DNA of 63,819 nt, counting the filler, from Bdellovibrionota bacterium (GTDB taxonomy: Bacteria; Bdellovibrionota; Bdellovibrionia; Bdellovibrionales; JAEYZS01): the NCBI GenBank assembly GCA_963169515.1. It is 6 parts of 6 records of this genome, joined end to end, with 100 filler letters (N's around TTAATTAATTAA, not from the genome) between each part and the next. Parts side by side here need not be neighbours in the genome. Positions count along the whole stretch, not along the records: positions 24,014 to 28,218 come from CAUJEF010000080.1; positions 28,319 to 40,581 come from CAUJEF010000081.1; 4 more parts are not named here. One strand, given 5' to 3'. Each line of letters starts with the position of its first letter. The first letter of the stretch is position 1. Below, in pieces: positions 27,143 to 38,115 of this stretch. The position numbers and the translations under genes are program-made. Under the pieces are notes generated by a model, which was given only the letters and a program-made list of their open reading frames with translations, did no database searches and was not told the origin of the DNA.

Positions 27143-28218
27143 CGCCCAGTGGATCGCATTTTATCGCGTGATTGCGTTCCCTCTTTTGTGGGTTGTTTTT
27201 TTTATTTCTAAATTTTTCAATAAAAAAATAAAAAAGGGATTTGAAATTCGTCAAAAAGTAAACGGCGTTTATCCTTGGCTCAATTTTCCAAAACACTCGC
27301 AACCGGTATGGCTTCACTGTTCCAGTGGAGAATTTGAATATATCAAACCTGTGATCAAGCACCTGAAAGAGGTCATGCCTGAACAGCAAATTCTTGTGAC
27401 CTATTTTTCACCAACCTATGCGGACAGCATCAAAAATTTTAAAGGCGTCGACATGGCCTGCCCGCTTCCATGGGACACATGGCATAATATTCGCGATTTT
27501 TTACTTCACCATCGTCCACGATGTTTGTTGATCTCAAGAACTGACCTGTGGCCTGAAATGCTTCATCAATGCTACACAAAAGGCATTTTAACATTGCTGT
27601 TTTCGGCAACCCTGTCTTCGAATAGTATTAAAATCAGGAATAAATTTTTCAAAAAAATATTTCACTGGGTTTATTCTTATATTTCAGCTGTCTATTGCGT
27701 TTCCGAAAAGGATAAGGAAAATTTTTCTTTAATCGTTGACCCCCTTAATTTAAAAGTCACCGGGGATACGCGGTTTGACCAGGTTCAAGAGAGAATCAAA
27801 AACCCTAAAAATGTTCGCCGTGAACTGAACCCCTATTTTAAGCAGGCCAGTTTCATTGAGCGAATTGGTTTTAAGACAGAAAAACATCCGGAACGCATTT
27901 TTGTAGCCGGATCTACCTGGGATGAAGATGAAGCCATCATATTGCCAGCGCTCTGTCCCTTGAAAAGGTCTGTTCGATTAATCCTTGCCCCACACGAACC
28001 AACGGCCGAGCATTTGGAACAAATCAAATATCGCTTACATGCACTTGATTGGTCCTATGTGCTGTATAGTGAAACCGATGCGTGGCCCGCAGAAAGTGTA
28101 TTGATTATCGATCAAATGGGAATTTTAGCTGATCTTTATTCATGGGGACAGATGGCTTTTGTAGGTGGATCATTTAAAAAAACAGTCCACAGTGTTATGG
28201 AACCCCTTGCCAGTGGAT
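27135..28218 (+). CDS. waaA: Kdo transferase, 3'-truncated
   Basis: WLHCSSGE, PLPWD, DLWP, GDTRFD, VAGSTW, AFVGGSF...HSVMEP. Confidence 0.9.
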
Positions 28219-28318
28219 NNNNNNNNNNNNNNNNNNNNNNNNNNNNNNNNNNNNNNNNNNNNTTAATTAATTAANNNNNNNNNNNNNNNNNNNNNNNNNN
28301 NNNNNNNNNNNNNNNNNN
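28219..28318. other. Artificial contig linker
   Basis: N44-TTAATTAATTAA-N44. Confidence 0.98.
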
Positions 28319-29225
28319 CAATTCCGACGGTGGATCTCATTTGATTTTGGCGTTCACGCAATATACTTGCCCCACGAGTAATCTTTTCTATTGGGATAAA
28401 ACCTCCAATATTTAGAATTCGCACATTTTCTCGAATATATTTAAAAATATCTCTGTCGAGCCCATGGGATTCATTGGCTTCATTGATTCGAATTGCACCT
28501 CTTCTGAAATCTAAAACCTTAGTGCATGTAAACATCAAATCATGCAATTCAGCTGCGTTTACTTTTACATCCGAAATTATGCGATCTTTGATGCCCTCAA
28601 CCCATACTGCCTGTTTGGTCCCCCAAAACGGGGTGCCCAAGGTAATAGCTGCATCTAGATGTTTTACATATTGAGGAAAAAAGTCTGGGACACCAAATTT
28701 GCGCGGAATTATGGTCTGCAGAAAAGCATTAAATATCCACTGCGAACCCACCAGACCACCTTGAGAGTGCATGATAATAGATATTTTGTCGCCTTCACGA
28801 ATGGGTGTACCTGCGATGAAATATCGATTTACCTCAGCTCCGAACTCAGCCGCAAATCTGTAGCTTGTTTTATCCTGCAAGGTTGTGACAATTCTCCCTG
28901 TCTTTTTATGAATGCGGACCTTTCCATCTTTGTCACGTACAGGAACTGGCCCCTTCCCGCCTGTGTCGTAAGTCACAAGGACAACTTCATTATTATACTC
29001 TGGCCTAATTCTATTTAGATAAAGCTCAATTGCTTTGTCTAAATTAGGAAATGTTGTCGCATCCCCTGCAATCCCATGAATCAAAAAGACAATAAAACGA
29101 GGTTTCTTTCCAGCGTATTTAAATGGCGGAACCTGCAGCCCTAATTTATTTTTCGGAGCTAATACATCCGCAGCCATCGCGGCTTGAGCAGACAGAATTA
29201 ATAAAAGACTAAATAATATTTTCAA
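28319..29225 (-). CDS. Secreted alpha/beta-hydrolase (lipase/esterase-like), 3'-truncated
   Basis: Signal peptide; FLIHGI, MHSQGG nucleophile elbow, TLGTPFWG. Confidence 0.75.
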
Positions 29226-29351
29226 TCTAAAGCTCCGATGGCTGTAATCGACTCATTTTATCCAAGTTTTGTGCCATGAGCTTATAAGTGATATGTTAGA
29301 CTCAGCGGGTAACCTGCTGTAACTTAAGCTCTTTATCACTATCAAACAGAT

Positions 29352-29513
29352 CTACATGGGCCCTATTTGGGCCCACCTCAGTATTTGATAAAGAAAATAA
29401 ACCAACTTCCCAAAGAAAACGAACCAACGTACAACGCTCCAAAGGCCGTTAAGTTTATGGAGAACCTTCCGATAATTAACATAACAAAGCGGTTGAGCTT
29501 TCCTACGTTTCAT
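29352..29513 (-). CDS. 53-aa basic/hydrophobic peptide (type I toxin candidate), copy 2
   Basis: MKRRKAQPLCYVNYRKVLHKLNGLWSVVRWFVFFGKLVYFLYQILRWAQIGPM. Confidence 0.6.
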   Translation of the reverse strand: MKRRKAQPLCYVNYRKVLHKLNGLWSVVRWFVFFGKLVYFLYQILRWAQIGPM

Positions 29514-29605
29514 ATCTCCCCCTATCTCCAAGGAGGACCTACCATAGTCCGAAGCCAACCTGAGCCTCGGCATTCTCATGGAGACGAATAATCGCGTCAC
29601 AAAGT
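29375..29605 (-). repeat. Dispersed ~230-bp element, copy 2
   Basis: Homologous to 23622-23853; begins at the tsaE stop codon. Confidence 0.9.
29449..29475 (+). promoter_or_regulatory. Sigma-28-type promoter antisense to small ORF copy 2
   Basis: TTAAGTTT-ATGGAGAACCT-TCCGATAA. Confidence 0.6.
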
Positions 29606-30039
29606 CAGAGCCTGTTGGCGGATGAGCCAGTTTTAAAGAATCTAACCTCACCTTTTCGGTCGATTTGGATCGAAACAACTTTCCATGATTTTGGAAAACT
29701 CAGATAAGACAATTTTTCAGCCCATTCGATCATGACAATATTTTCATCTCGAAACAGATCCCAAAAGCCTGTGGACTCAAGATCCTCTTCGTCTTTGACC
29801 CTGTAAAGATCAACATGGAATACCTCGGCAATTTTAGTCTCATAAGAGTTGATCACAGAAAATGTTGGAGATACGGCGCCAGTCCCACCCAGTAGCTCTA
29901 TCAGAAATTTTACAGATTGGGTCTTGCCGACGCCCAATTCTCCTGAAATAAGAACTACGGTCTGCTTACTGAGAACCGGAACAATTTGTTCTTTTAAAAA
30001 AAATCGCAACTCTTCTAAACTTCGAATCTCTGTCATCAC
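29605..30039 (-). CDS. tsaE: tRNA t6A biosynthesis ATPase
   Basis: GELGVGKT, SPTFS, HVDLYR, IEWAE. Confidence 0.94.
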   Translation of the reverse strand: MMTEIRSLEELRFFLKEQIVPVLSKQTVVLISGELGVGKTQSVKFLIELLGGTGAVSPTFSVINSYETKIAEVFHVDLYRVKDEEDLESTGFWDLFRDENIVMIEWAEKLSYLSFPKSWKVVSIQIDRKGEVRFFKTGSSANRL

Positions 30040-31496
30040 TCAGTTTCAATCCATTTCAATGCACGGGGAAGATCATTTACCAGGTCAGATGGTGTCATAC
30101 TTCTATCACTCTTGCCCTCATTGACCCAATTGTCCGCAATGAGCCCATGTATGTACGCACCCAATAACGCGGCTTCTGCCACCGGTCTCTTCTGACAGGC
30201 CACGCCGCCGATGATCCCCGCCAAAACATCGCCAGATCCAGCCTTGGCCAAAGCCTTATTGCCGGTCCCGATGATCCAAAATTTTTCACCGCCTACTATT
30301 GTGCGGAAACCTTTTAACAAAACATTACATCCCAGCATATTTTTCGCTTTTTCGATTGCTTTAAAGCGATCGGACTCTATCTCAGCCGCGGTTACCCCAA
30401 TCAATCGTGACAATTCACCCGAATGTGGGGTGATTAGCCAGTTTGGATTAAGCTGCCGTACCCCAAATTGAGCCAAGCTTGTTAACGCATCAGCATCCAC
30501 AATAACATTGTCGTTATCTATACGAGCGAGAAGCTTATAAGTTGCTTCGTCAACGCCTAAACCAGGGCCAACAACAATAGCGTCAAATGTTGAAAATGTT
30601 TGAATATGGTCCAAGGATTTTACAATCAACTCTGGCTGTTCTGGCAAATACGAAAGCGGGTTTTGATAACTGGCCCAATATACATAGCCCGCCCCCACAC
30701 GCAAAGCTGCCTTACAACACAAAAGCCCCGCACCCCAGTAATTTTCACTGCCCGCAATAACAAGCAGCTTTCCCCTTTGAGATTTGTTCGCAGTCGTTGA
30801 TTCAGGTCGAAGCATTTCTCTTGCGTCTTTCCTTTCAAATAGGAATACGGATTGCGCAGTTCGATCCAATAGATTTTTTGGAAATCCAATGTTTTTTATT
30901 ATCAATTGTCCAGTGTAACTGGGACCCTCTTGAATATAAAAGCCTGGCTTGCCCAATCCAAACGTAATCGTGACATTTGCGCGAATTGCAGTCCCCATAG
31001 GATGACCCGTATCCACATTCAAACCAGACGGAACATCCAAAGAGTAACGAAAACTTTCCCAAGAATTTACAGTATCAATTATGGTTTTAAGACCACCCTC
31101 GACAGGCTTATTCAGTCCAATCCCAAAAATTCCATCAATAACAACCGCGTATTTATCTTCAAGTCGGTCAACGAAGGGAATATTTAAAGCACGAACACGC
31201 TCTAATTGAAGTTGGAAAAGCCTGTTCGCAGATTCGCCAACCGCAAAAAACATATCAATATTGGTGTAACCGAGAACATGCAGGTGGCGCGCAACAACCA
31301 AAGAATCAGCACCGTTATTACCAGGTCCAACCAAAACTAGAATCTTTCCCTTGCTTAGCTCTGATGGAAACTTTTCATGAATACATTCTGCAGCAGCCTG
31401 CCCCGCCGTCTCCATCAATACTTCTGGGGTCAGATTGAACTGTGCTGTCGCCAATCTATCCACGCTTTGCATTTCTTGGGAGAAGGCAAGTTTCAT
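30036..31496 (-). CDS. nnr: Bifunctional NAD(P)HX epimerase/dehydratase
   Basis: LMETAG, GPGNNGAD, DVPSG, GPGLG, VDADAL, TPHSGE, AGSGDVLAG. Confidence 0.93.
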   Translation of the reverse strand: MKLAFSQEMQSVDRLATAQFNLTPEVLMETAGQAAAECIHEKFPSELSKGKILVLVGPGNNGADSLVVARHLHVLGYTNIDMFFAVGESANRLFQLQLERVRALNIPFVDRLEDKYAVVIDGIFGIGLNKPVEGGLKTIIDTVNSWESFRYSLDVPSGLNVDTGHPMGTAIRANVTITFGLGKPGFYIQEGPSYTGQLIIKNIGFPKNLLDRTAQSVFLFERKDAREMLRPESTTANKSQRGKLLVIAGSENYWGAGLLCCKAALRVGAGYVYWASYQNPLSYLPEQPELIVKSLDHIQTFSTFDAIVVGPGLGVDEATYKLLARIDNDNVIVDADALTSLAQFGVRQLNPNWLITPHSGELSRLIGVTAAEIESDRFKAIEKAKNMLGCNVLLKGFRTIVGGEKFWIIGTGNKALAKAGSGDVLAGIIGGVACQKRPVAEAALLGAYIHGLIADNWVNEGKSDRSMTPSDLVNDLPRALKWIETE

Positions 31497-32221
31497 AATA
31501 TTCGCTTCATCTTTTTTATGGCTATTTTAAGCCCACGATCAAGCCCCTCACAAATGAGGAAGTGTCCTATGTTAACCTCTTCCAAGTACGGTAGATGTTT
31601 TATTTCCTTCGTGGTTTTGTAATCCAGACCATGTCCGGCGTGTACTTTCAAGCCAAGATGATGGGCTAAAACGGCAGCCCTTCTTAGCCGATCCCACTCC
31701 CTCTCTTTCGCATTGCCCTTGAGATGAACCCATTTGCCCGTGTGGAATTCAACTGCATCTGCGCCCACCTCGAACGAGGCTTTGACTTGATCTAGGTTTG
31801 CTTCAATAAATGTGGAAACACGGATATTTTTTCTTGAAACTGCGCGAACAAGCTTTTGAATTTTCTGCTTCATCCCTCTAACATTGAGGCCGCCTTCAGT
31901 GGTTAGCTCCGCTCTTTTCTCTGGCACCAAACAAACAATGTACGGTTTGTATTTGAGAGCGATCTTTGTCATTTCCGAAGTCACAGCCATTTCAAGATTT
32001 ACAGGCACCCGAGCTCTCTTCACAACCAGAGCAAGATCATGATCCTGTATGTGTCGGCGATCCTCACGCAAGTGAAGTGTAATTTGATCTGCACCAGCTT
32101 TTTCAGCCTGCCTCAGATAATAAGCAAGATCTGGATATGGAGTCGTACCGCCGCGAACTTGGCGTAATGTTACCACATGATCAAGATTAACCCCGAGCCT
32201 AATTTTTGTTTTCATAAACAA
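31493..32221 (-). CDS. pdxJ: Pyridoxine 5'-phosphate synthase
   Basis: LGVNLDHV, HLREDRRHI, LVPEKRAELTTEGG, HAGHGL, NIGH. Confidence 0.96.
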   Translation of the reverse strand: MFMKTKIRLGVNLDHVVTLRQVRGGTTPYPDLAYYLRQAEKAGADQITLHLREDRRHIQDHDLALVVKRARVPVNLEMAVTSEMTKIALKYKPYIVCLVPEKRAELTTEGGLNVRGMKQKIQKLVRAVSRKNIRVSTFIEANLDQVKASFEVGADAVEFHTGKWVHLKGNAKEREWDRLRRAAVLAHHLGLKVHAGHGLDYKTTKEIKHLPYLEEVNIGHFLICEGLDRGLKIAIKKMKRIL

Positions 32222-32247
32222 ATATCACAAGCTAATATCATAGCCGC

Positions 32248-33615
32248 TTAAGATAATTCTTTTTGCAGCAATTGTGCAAGCTGGTCAGCATATTCACTAA
32301 TCTGTTTTGAGTCTGGACCTTCTACTAAAATACGCAGCAGCGGCTCTGTGCCCGAATACCTGACAAATAAGCGCCCCTTACCCTGAAGGTCCTTTTCAAT
32401 TTGCTTATAAAGAACATCGTATCCAGAAATCTCCTCAAGAGGTTTTCTAATACGCACTTTGACGTTTCGAAGCACCTGAGGCACTTCTTCCATAACTTGA
32501 TTTAAAGTATTCAAAGGCGTGTTTTGGCGCTTCATCACAGACAAAACCTTAAGAGCCGCAATCAAACCGTCACCCGTTGTCGAATGATCCAAAAAGATAA
32601 TATGACCGGAAGACTCACCACCTAAGGACAAACCATGTTGCCTTAACTCATCGACGACATATTTATCGCCAACATTTGTTTTTACAATTTTGACTCCGTT
32701 TTGCGCCATGACCCGATCAAGGCCGTAATTCGACATATGGGTCGTAACAATTGTATTTCCCTTAAGCGTCCCTTGTTTTTTCATCTCAAGGGCACAGATT
32801 GCTAAAATGCGATCGCCATTCACCAAATGACCCTTGTGATCCACCATAACAACCCGATCTGCATCTCCATCAAGGCTGATTCCAACGTCGGCACGGAACT
32901 TTGTTACGGTTTGCGCCATTCTCTCTGGGAACAGAGCGCCACATTCGTCATTCACGTTGGTTCCATCGGGTTGATTTCCAATAACTATCACCTCGGCCCC
33001 AAGCTCTTCTAAAATTGCTGGGCCCACTTTGTAAGCCGCGCCATTTGCACAATCCAAAACCACTCTTAACCCATCCAAAGTCAAATCTAACGGGAAGGTA
33101 TTTTTCACATAAACAATGTATCTGCCGGCGGCATCGTCAATCCTTTTGGATCGACCAATTCCACTCGATGCCGGCAAAAGAGAATTGATGTCTTCTTTAT
33201 AAACCAGTCGTTCAATTTCCAATTCCAAATTACGCGAAATTTTATATCCATCAGCTCCAAAAATTTTAATTCCATTGTCATAATATGGGTTGTGTGACGC
33301 CGAAATAACAATTCCCGCATCCGCACGCATATTCTGGGTTAAAAACCCAATCCCCGGCGTCGGCAATGGCCCAACCAACTGAACATTCACGCCCATGGAA
33401 TTAAGTCCGCTTGCCAATGCCATTTCCACCATGTAGCCGGATAACCGCGTATCCTTTCCAATGACAACTTTCTTTTTGTCCTGGGCCTTCCCTCGTGAAT
33501 TTTTTCGAAGCAAAAAACCCAAGGCTTGTCCAACACGAAGAACCGTATCTGGGGTCATAGGATAGTTATTTGCCGTTGCTCGGATACCATCCGTTCCAAA
33601 TAATTGACCTTTCAT
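32248..33615 (-). CDS. glmM: Phosphoglucosamine mutase
   Basis: FGTDGIR, ISASHNP, DGDADR, GGESSGH, RYSGTEP. Confidence 0.96.
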   Translation of the reverse strand: MKGQLFGTDGIRATANNYPMTPDTVLRVGQALGFLLRKNSRGKAQDKKKVVIGKDTRLSGYMVEMALASGLNSMGVNVQLVGPLPTPGIGFLTQNMRADAGIVISASHNPYYDNGIKIFGADGYKISRNLELEIERLVYKEDINSLLPASSGIGRSKRIDDAAGRYIVYVKNTFPLDLTLDGLRVVLDCANGAAYKVGPAILEELGAEVIVIGNQPDGTNVNDECGALFPERMAQTVTKFRADVGISLDGDADRVVMVDHKGHLVNGDRILAICALEMKKQGTLKGNTIVTTHMSNYGLDRVMAQNGVKIVKTNVGDKYVVDELRQHGLSLGGESSGHIIFLDHSTTGDGLIAALKVLSVMKRQNTPLNTLNQVMEEVPQVLRNVKVRIRKPLEEISGYDVLYKQIEKDLQGKGRLFVRYSGTEPLLRILVEGPDSKQISEYADQLAQLLQKELS

Positions 33616-33620
33616 ATCCC

Positions 33621-34277
33621 CTACCTTGTGCTCGCTGTTACTGTAACATTTTTATCCTCTACAGGAAGCACACCTGCAAAGTTTAACTCTTTAAGTTGCG
33701 TGCGAATTTCAACTGATTTTCGGCTTCCGTCAAGCACGAGATGCTTCATATTAATGGGTTCTGTCCAAACCGCATCCAGGCGATTCAGCACAGATGATGC
33801 TCCCTTCACTTGAATCCCAGATGGTTTAATACTAACCACTCTAACCGATTCGACAGGCCTGTCCTCTGACACCCAATCTACACGAATTGGAAGCCATTTC
33901 ACTGTCAGGCGATCAATATCAAGCACTAAGCTAGAAGGTGTAATTCCCAAAATTTTGGATCCAAACGGCAACCCAATTTCCTCTGTCGGGATTGGAATAA
34001 CTGTACGGCCTGGTTTTGCATCTCTTAAATTGAGAGTAATCGGCGGAATCCCTTTATGGATTTTCTTAAGTGATAATCTGGAGCCTGAAATTTGGATTTG
34101 AACCTGGTCTGCTATTGGATTGGCTACGATCAGCTCCTCGGGCAATCTAATGTCAAGTTTTGCAGATTTGTAAATATTGAGATCCTTACTTCCCAATACA
34201 GTTACCCATAAGATCAGCGTTATTAATAACGCCACAATCTTATAACTGCCATTTTCCATCAGCCATTCTTTAATCAC
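33621..34277 (-). CDS. cdaR: CdaR/YbbR-like regulator of diadenylate cyclase
   Basis: N-terminal transmembrane segment KIVALLITLILW; lies between cdaA and glmM. Confidence 0.8.
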   Translation of the reverse strand: MIKEWLMENGSYKIVALLITLILWVTVLGSKDLNIYKSAKLDIRLPEELIVANPIADQVQIQISGSRLSLKKIHKGIPPITLNLRDAKPGRTVIPIPTEEIGLPFGSKILGITPSSLVLDIDRLTVKWLPIRVDWVSEDRPVESVRVVSIKPSGIQVKGASSVLNRLDAVWTEPINMKHLVLDGSRKSVEIRTQLKELNFAGVLPVEDKNVTVTASTR

Positions 34278-35089
34278 TCATTACCTCGTTCCAGTGCAAA
34301 TTCCATTTGCATATTGAACGCTGTATAGAGCATCTCTCGCAAAGTCTTATGATCCAAGTCGGCCGACATATGTCCCGCTTCGACAAGGCTAATTCTTTTA
34401 TTTTCCTCACTGACAACAAGAACCAGCGCATCTGTTTCTTCAGTCAGTCCAATCGCAGCTCTGTGACGCGTGCCCAGATTTTTATCAATCTGAACACTTT
34501 TGGTCAATGGCAAGAAACATCCCGCCGCCCGTATGCGACCACCGCGAATAATAATTGCGCCATCATGAATTGGAGATCCTGGCAAAAAAATCGAGTTCAT
34601 TAACTCTGAGCTGACCGATGCATCCATTGGAGTTCCAATTTCAATAAAATCTTCAAGGCCCATTTCACGCTCAATTACGATGAGGGCACCGTAGCCCTTC
34701 TGTGCAAGAATCATGGTACCCTTTGCAAGTTCTTCTATAATTTGAGTTTCCTCAACAACCGAGACCCCGCTAAAAAACGGATTCCGACCAATGTGGGCAA
34801 GAGCTTTTCTAATTTCATTCTGAAACAAGACCACAACAATCACAAATAAGTTATCAAAAAACTTTTCGAGCAACCATTTGATGGTGAATAGATCAAGCCA
34901 CGCGCTTGAAACATACGTAATGGCTAAGATTCCGAGCCCAGAAAGCATTTGAATCGCACGAGTTTGTCGGATCAGCAAAAGTATTCTGTAGACGATCAAC
35001 CAGACAAGAAACATATCAACCAGATCCCAAATTCTTACCTGGCTAATAATCCACGACATATTTTCCAAGAACCGGTCAATAAAGATCAA
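34274..35089 (-). CDS. cdaA: Membrane diadenylate cyclase
   Basis: Three transmembrane segments; FQNEIR; HDGA; GTRHRAA; VSEE. Confidence 0.95.
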   Translation of the reverse strand: MIFIDRFLENMSWIISQVRIWDLVDMFLVWLIVYRILLLIRQTRAIQMLSGLGILAITYVSSAWLDLFTIKWLLEKFFDNLFVIVVVLFQNEIRKALAHIGRNPFFSGVSVVEETQIIEELAKGTMILAQKGYGALIVIEREMGLEDFIEIGTPMDASVSSELMNSIFLPGSPIHDGAIIIRGGRIRAAGCFLPLTKSVQIDKNLGTRHRAAIGLTEETDALVLVVSEENKRISLVEAGHMSADLDHKTLREMLYTAFNMQMEFALERGNE

Positions 35090-35097
35090 TCTACCTC

Positions 35098-37086
35098 TTA
35101 CGTTGTAACTGGCCCCGGTATTCCGCTAGGCCCCCCGCCCGCTTTTTTGAGCGCGGCTGCTTTTTCTTCTTCTGCTTTTCGATTTGCCTCTTCTTGCTTC
35201 TTGTTTTGCTCTTCTAAATCTTTTTGTCGTACTTCACGTTCTTTAACCAATTCCGCAAGTGGCGTTCCGCTTATCACAAGATCAATTTCTTTTCCATCAA
35301 GGGTTTCAAGCTCGAGCAATGCTGTTGCCAAAAGCTCTAGCTGGGAACGTTTTTCTGTCAGTATTCGTATAGCCTCAGAATGACCAAAAGTAACCAGGCT
35401 ACGGATTTCACGATCGATTTCGCGCGCTGTCTCGTCCGAATATTCCTTTTCGCTTCGACCACCGCTCATCCCTAAAAAAACTGGGTTGTCACGGCTTTCA
35501 TATTTAAGTGGTCCCAACTTTTCACTCATTCCCCATTCAGTAACCATTCGACGCGCAATTTCTGTTGCACGCTCAATATCGTTTGCGGCCCCTGTGGTGA
35601 ATTCTTTAAAGACCACCTCTTCCGCAGCACGACCACCAAATAAAAAGGCAATCATGTTTCGTGCCTTTTCAGTTGAAAGATTTAATTGCTCATCTTCTGG
35701 CAATGTGTGGGTCACTCCCAATGCCATTCCACGGGGAATAATTGTTACTTTATGAATAGGATCGTTGGTTGGTAGATTTTTTCCGACCAGCGTATGACCT
35801 GCCTCGTGGTATGCTGTAATTTTTCGATCTTGCTCGCTGATAATCATAGATTTTCGTTCAGGGCCAAGCATAACTTTGTCTTTTGCGTGCTCAAAATCAT
35901 CCATATCAACCACGTTCTTATTTTGACGGGCCGCCAGCAATGCGGCCTCATTTACAAGATTTGCAAGGTCCGCACCAGAAAATCCGGGCGTGCCTTTTGC
36001 AATTTTCTCAAGGTTCACCTCTTGGGCCAGAGGAGTTTTCCTGCTATGAACTTTTAAAATTTCGAAGCGGCCATTTAAATCTGGCTTTCCAACAATTACG
36101 CGTCGATCAAAGCGACCCGGACGCAATAGCGCGGGATCAAGAACATCTGGTCTGTTTGTTGCCGCAACAATAATAACACCGTCATTTCCCTCAAAGCCGT
36201 CCATTTCGACCAGAAGCTGGTTCAACGTTTGTTCACGTTCGTCGTGTCCGCCGCCAAGCCCCGCACCCCTGTGTCTTCCAACCGCATCGATTTCGTCTAC
36301 AAAAATAATACATGGGGCGTGTTTCTTGCCTTGCTCAAACAGATCACGGACTCGGCTGGCACCAACCCCCACAAACATTTCAACAAAATCTGAACCCGAA
36401 ATACTAAAAAAAGGAACTCCAGCTTCCCCCGCAACCGCACGAGCCAACAAGGTCTTTCCCGTTCCCGGAGGGCCGACAAGCAAAACGCCTTTTGGTATTT
36501 TGCCACCCAATTTTGCAAATTTCTTGGGACTTTTCAAAAAATCGATAATTTCTTTAAGATCTTCTTTTGCCTCTTCAATGCCAGCGACATCTGAAAAGGT
36601 AACTTTGTTTTTGTTTTCGGTCAGAAGCTTCGCACGGCTTTTGCCAAAGCTCATGGCTTTGCCACCACCAACCTGAATCTGGCGCATGAAAAACATAAAC
36701 ATTAAAAAAATCACAAGAAGCGGCATCCAGCTGAACAAAACAGAATTTAAAAATGAGCCATTATCTGTATTCACATAATTTGGCTTGATTCCATATTCAT
36801 CAAGCTTGTTTACATAATAATCTGACGTATTGCCCGTTACAGAAAATGTTTCACCACCGTATTTGTCTTTGAACTCAGGTTTTATTTGCCCCGTATAAGT
36901 TTCGGCATTTTTGTTGATAACGATAGAATCGGGTTTAACCTCTTTATTTTCAACGGCAGCAATAAATTTATTAAAATTGAAGTCGCGAATTGCACCCTGC
37001 AACCGCTGATCGTAAAACTGGTACAAAACAATTGCTAAAACGATTAACAACGCCCACAGCGCCATAGTTTTTTGTGAAGATCTCAT
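35098..37086 (-). CDS. ftsH: ATP-dependent zinc metalloprotease FtsH
   Basis: [27 protein letters not shown]. Confidence 0.98.
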   Translation of the reverse strand: MRSSQKTMALWALLIVLAIVLYQFYDQRLQGAIRDFNFNKFIAAVENKEVKPDSIVINKNAETYTGQIKPEFKDKYGGETFSVTGNTSDYYVNKLDEYGIKPNYVNTDNGSFLNSVLFSWMPLLVIFLMFMFFMRQIQVGGGKAMSFGKSRAKLLTENKNKVTFSDVAGIEEAKEDLKEIIDFLKSPKKFAKLGGKIPKGVLLVGPPGTGKTLLARAVAGEAGVPFFSISGSDFVEMFVGVGASRVRDLFEQGKKHAPCIIFVDEIDAVGRHRGAGLGGGHDEREQTLNQLLVEMDGFEGNDGVIIVAATNRPDVLDPALLRPGRFDRRVIVGKPDLNGRFEILKVHSRKTPLAQEVNLEKIAKGTPGFSGADLANLVNEAALLAARQNKNVVDMDDFEHAKDKVMLGPERKSMIISEQDRKITAYHEAGHTLVGKNLPTNDPIHKVTIIPRGMALGVTHTLPEDEQLNLSTEKARNMIAFLFGGRAAEEVVFKEFTTGAANDIERATEIARRMVTEWGMSEKLGPLKYESRDNPVFLGMSGGRSEKEYSDETAREIDREIRSLVTFGHSEAIRILTEKRSQLELLATALLELETLDGKEIDLVISGTPLAELVKEREVRQKDLEEQNKKQEEANRKAEEEKAAALKKAGGGPSGIPGPVTT

Positions 37087-37180
37087 AAATTCCTTTCGGA
37101 TAACCTTTCAAGCCCCGATTGCTGTAAGTGACAGTACAAATTTAACATGAAAACGCCTTACAGAAAAACGGTAAAGAAAA

Positions 37181-38110
37181 TTAGGACGTTAGACACCGGA
37201 TGTGCCGAGTGTCAACCGTCCAGTCCAAACCGCTGACTCTGAATGTGAGCACTTTTTGTGAGGTGTCAAGGCGTTTTAAAATTTCATCGATTTGTGAAGA
37301 TGTGTAATTTTTTACATTTTTTTGTCTCAAATAATGAGCAACGACCCGTCTTTTATCTCCCTTTCCAAGCCCTATTAAACTCGACCGGGAAATCCCTTCC
37401 TCGGTCACAAGACCAGCAAGATCCAAATCTCCCTTGTCCGCCGCTAAATTATCTAAAGACTTTGCAAGTGCACTTGCTGATCCTGGTCGGTATTTTTCAA
37501 GCCGTGGCAACCAATCATAACGCAACCAATTTCGAAGGTATTTTTTATCTTGGTTTGAAGGATCATTAAGAAATTTTAATTCGTTTTGACTGACATAATC
37601 TTCAATATCCGCACGCCTCAAACCCAAAAAAGGCCGATATACTCCGGACTCCATTTCTGACATTGCTCGCAGGCCTTGCCCGCCAACCCCTCGGATCAAT
37701 CGAATCAATCGTGACTCCAACAGATCATCTTTATGATGGGCTACCGCGATCACATCGCATTGCTCAGAGGTAAAAACATTCCGCAAGTTCTCATAGCGAA
37801 CCTCTCGCATCTCGCTTTCGGAGTCAGCCTTACCATAATGTTTTTTAATAACAAGGGGCACTCCGAGTTCTTTTGCTGCCTCTCTCACAAATGCAATAGA
37901 TTTCGTTCGAAATTGATTTGTCTTCTTGTTTTTTGAAGGTCCATGGTGAATTGTTGCTACAATAAGACTCAAATTAAAATGCTCTTTCAATTGGAAAAGA
38001 GCATACAGCAAAGCAATCGAATCCATTCCGCCGGAAACGGCGACAAGAATCTTCTTGTTCTTTAATTTATGTCGGATCAGTGAAGCAAATAAATGTTTTT
38101 CTAAAATCAT
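37181..38110 (-). CDS. tilS: tRNA(Ile)-lysidine synthetase
   Basis: AVSGGMDS, AHHKDD..E, DPSN, RNWLR. Confidence 0.92.
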   Translation of the reverse strand: MILEKHLFASLIRHKLKNKKILVAVSGGMDSIALLYALFQLKEHFNLSLIVATIHHGPSKNKKTNQFRTKSIAFVREAAKELGVPLVIKKHYGKADSESEMREVRYENLRNVFTSEQCDVIAVAHHKDDLLESRLIRLIRGVGGQGLRAMSEMESGVYRPFLGLRRADIEDYVSQNELKFLNDPSNQDKKYLRNWLRYDWLPRLEKYRPGSASALAKSLDNLAADKGDLDLAGLVTEEGISRSSLIGLGKGDKRRVVAHYLRQKNVKNYTSSQIDEILKRLDTSQKVLTFRVSGLDWTVDTRHIRCLTS

Positions 38111-38115
38111 TTGCC

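Noticed and set aside
29261..29276. Sigma-54-like TGGCAC-N5-TTGG upstream of the hydrolase gene
   Set aside because: The -12 element lacks the conserved GC; too weak to call.
23622..29605. The duplicated element as a DGR template/variable repeat or CRISPR repeat
   Set aside because: Differences are not confined to adenines, no reverse transcriptase or cas gene is in the window, and there is no repeat-spacer periodicity.
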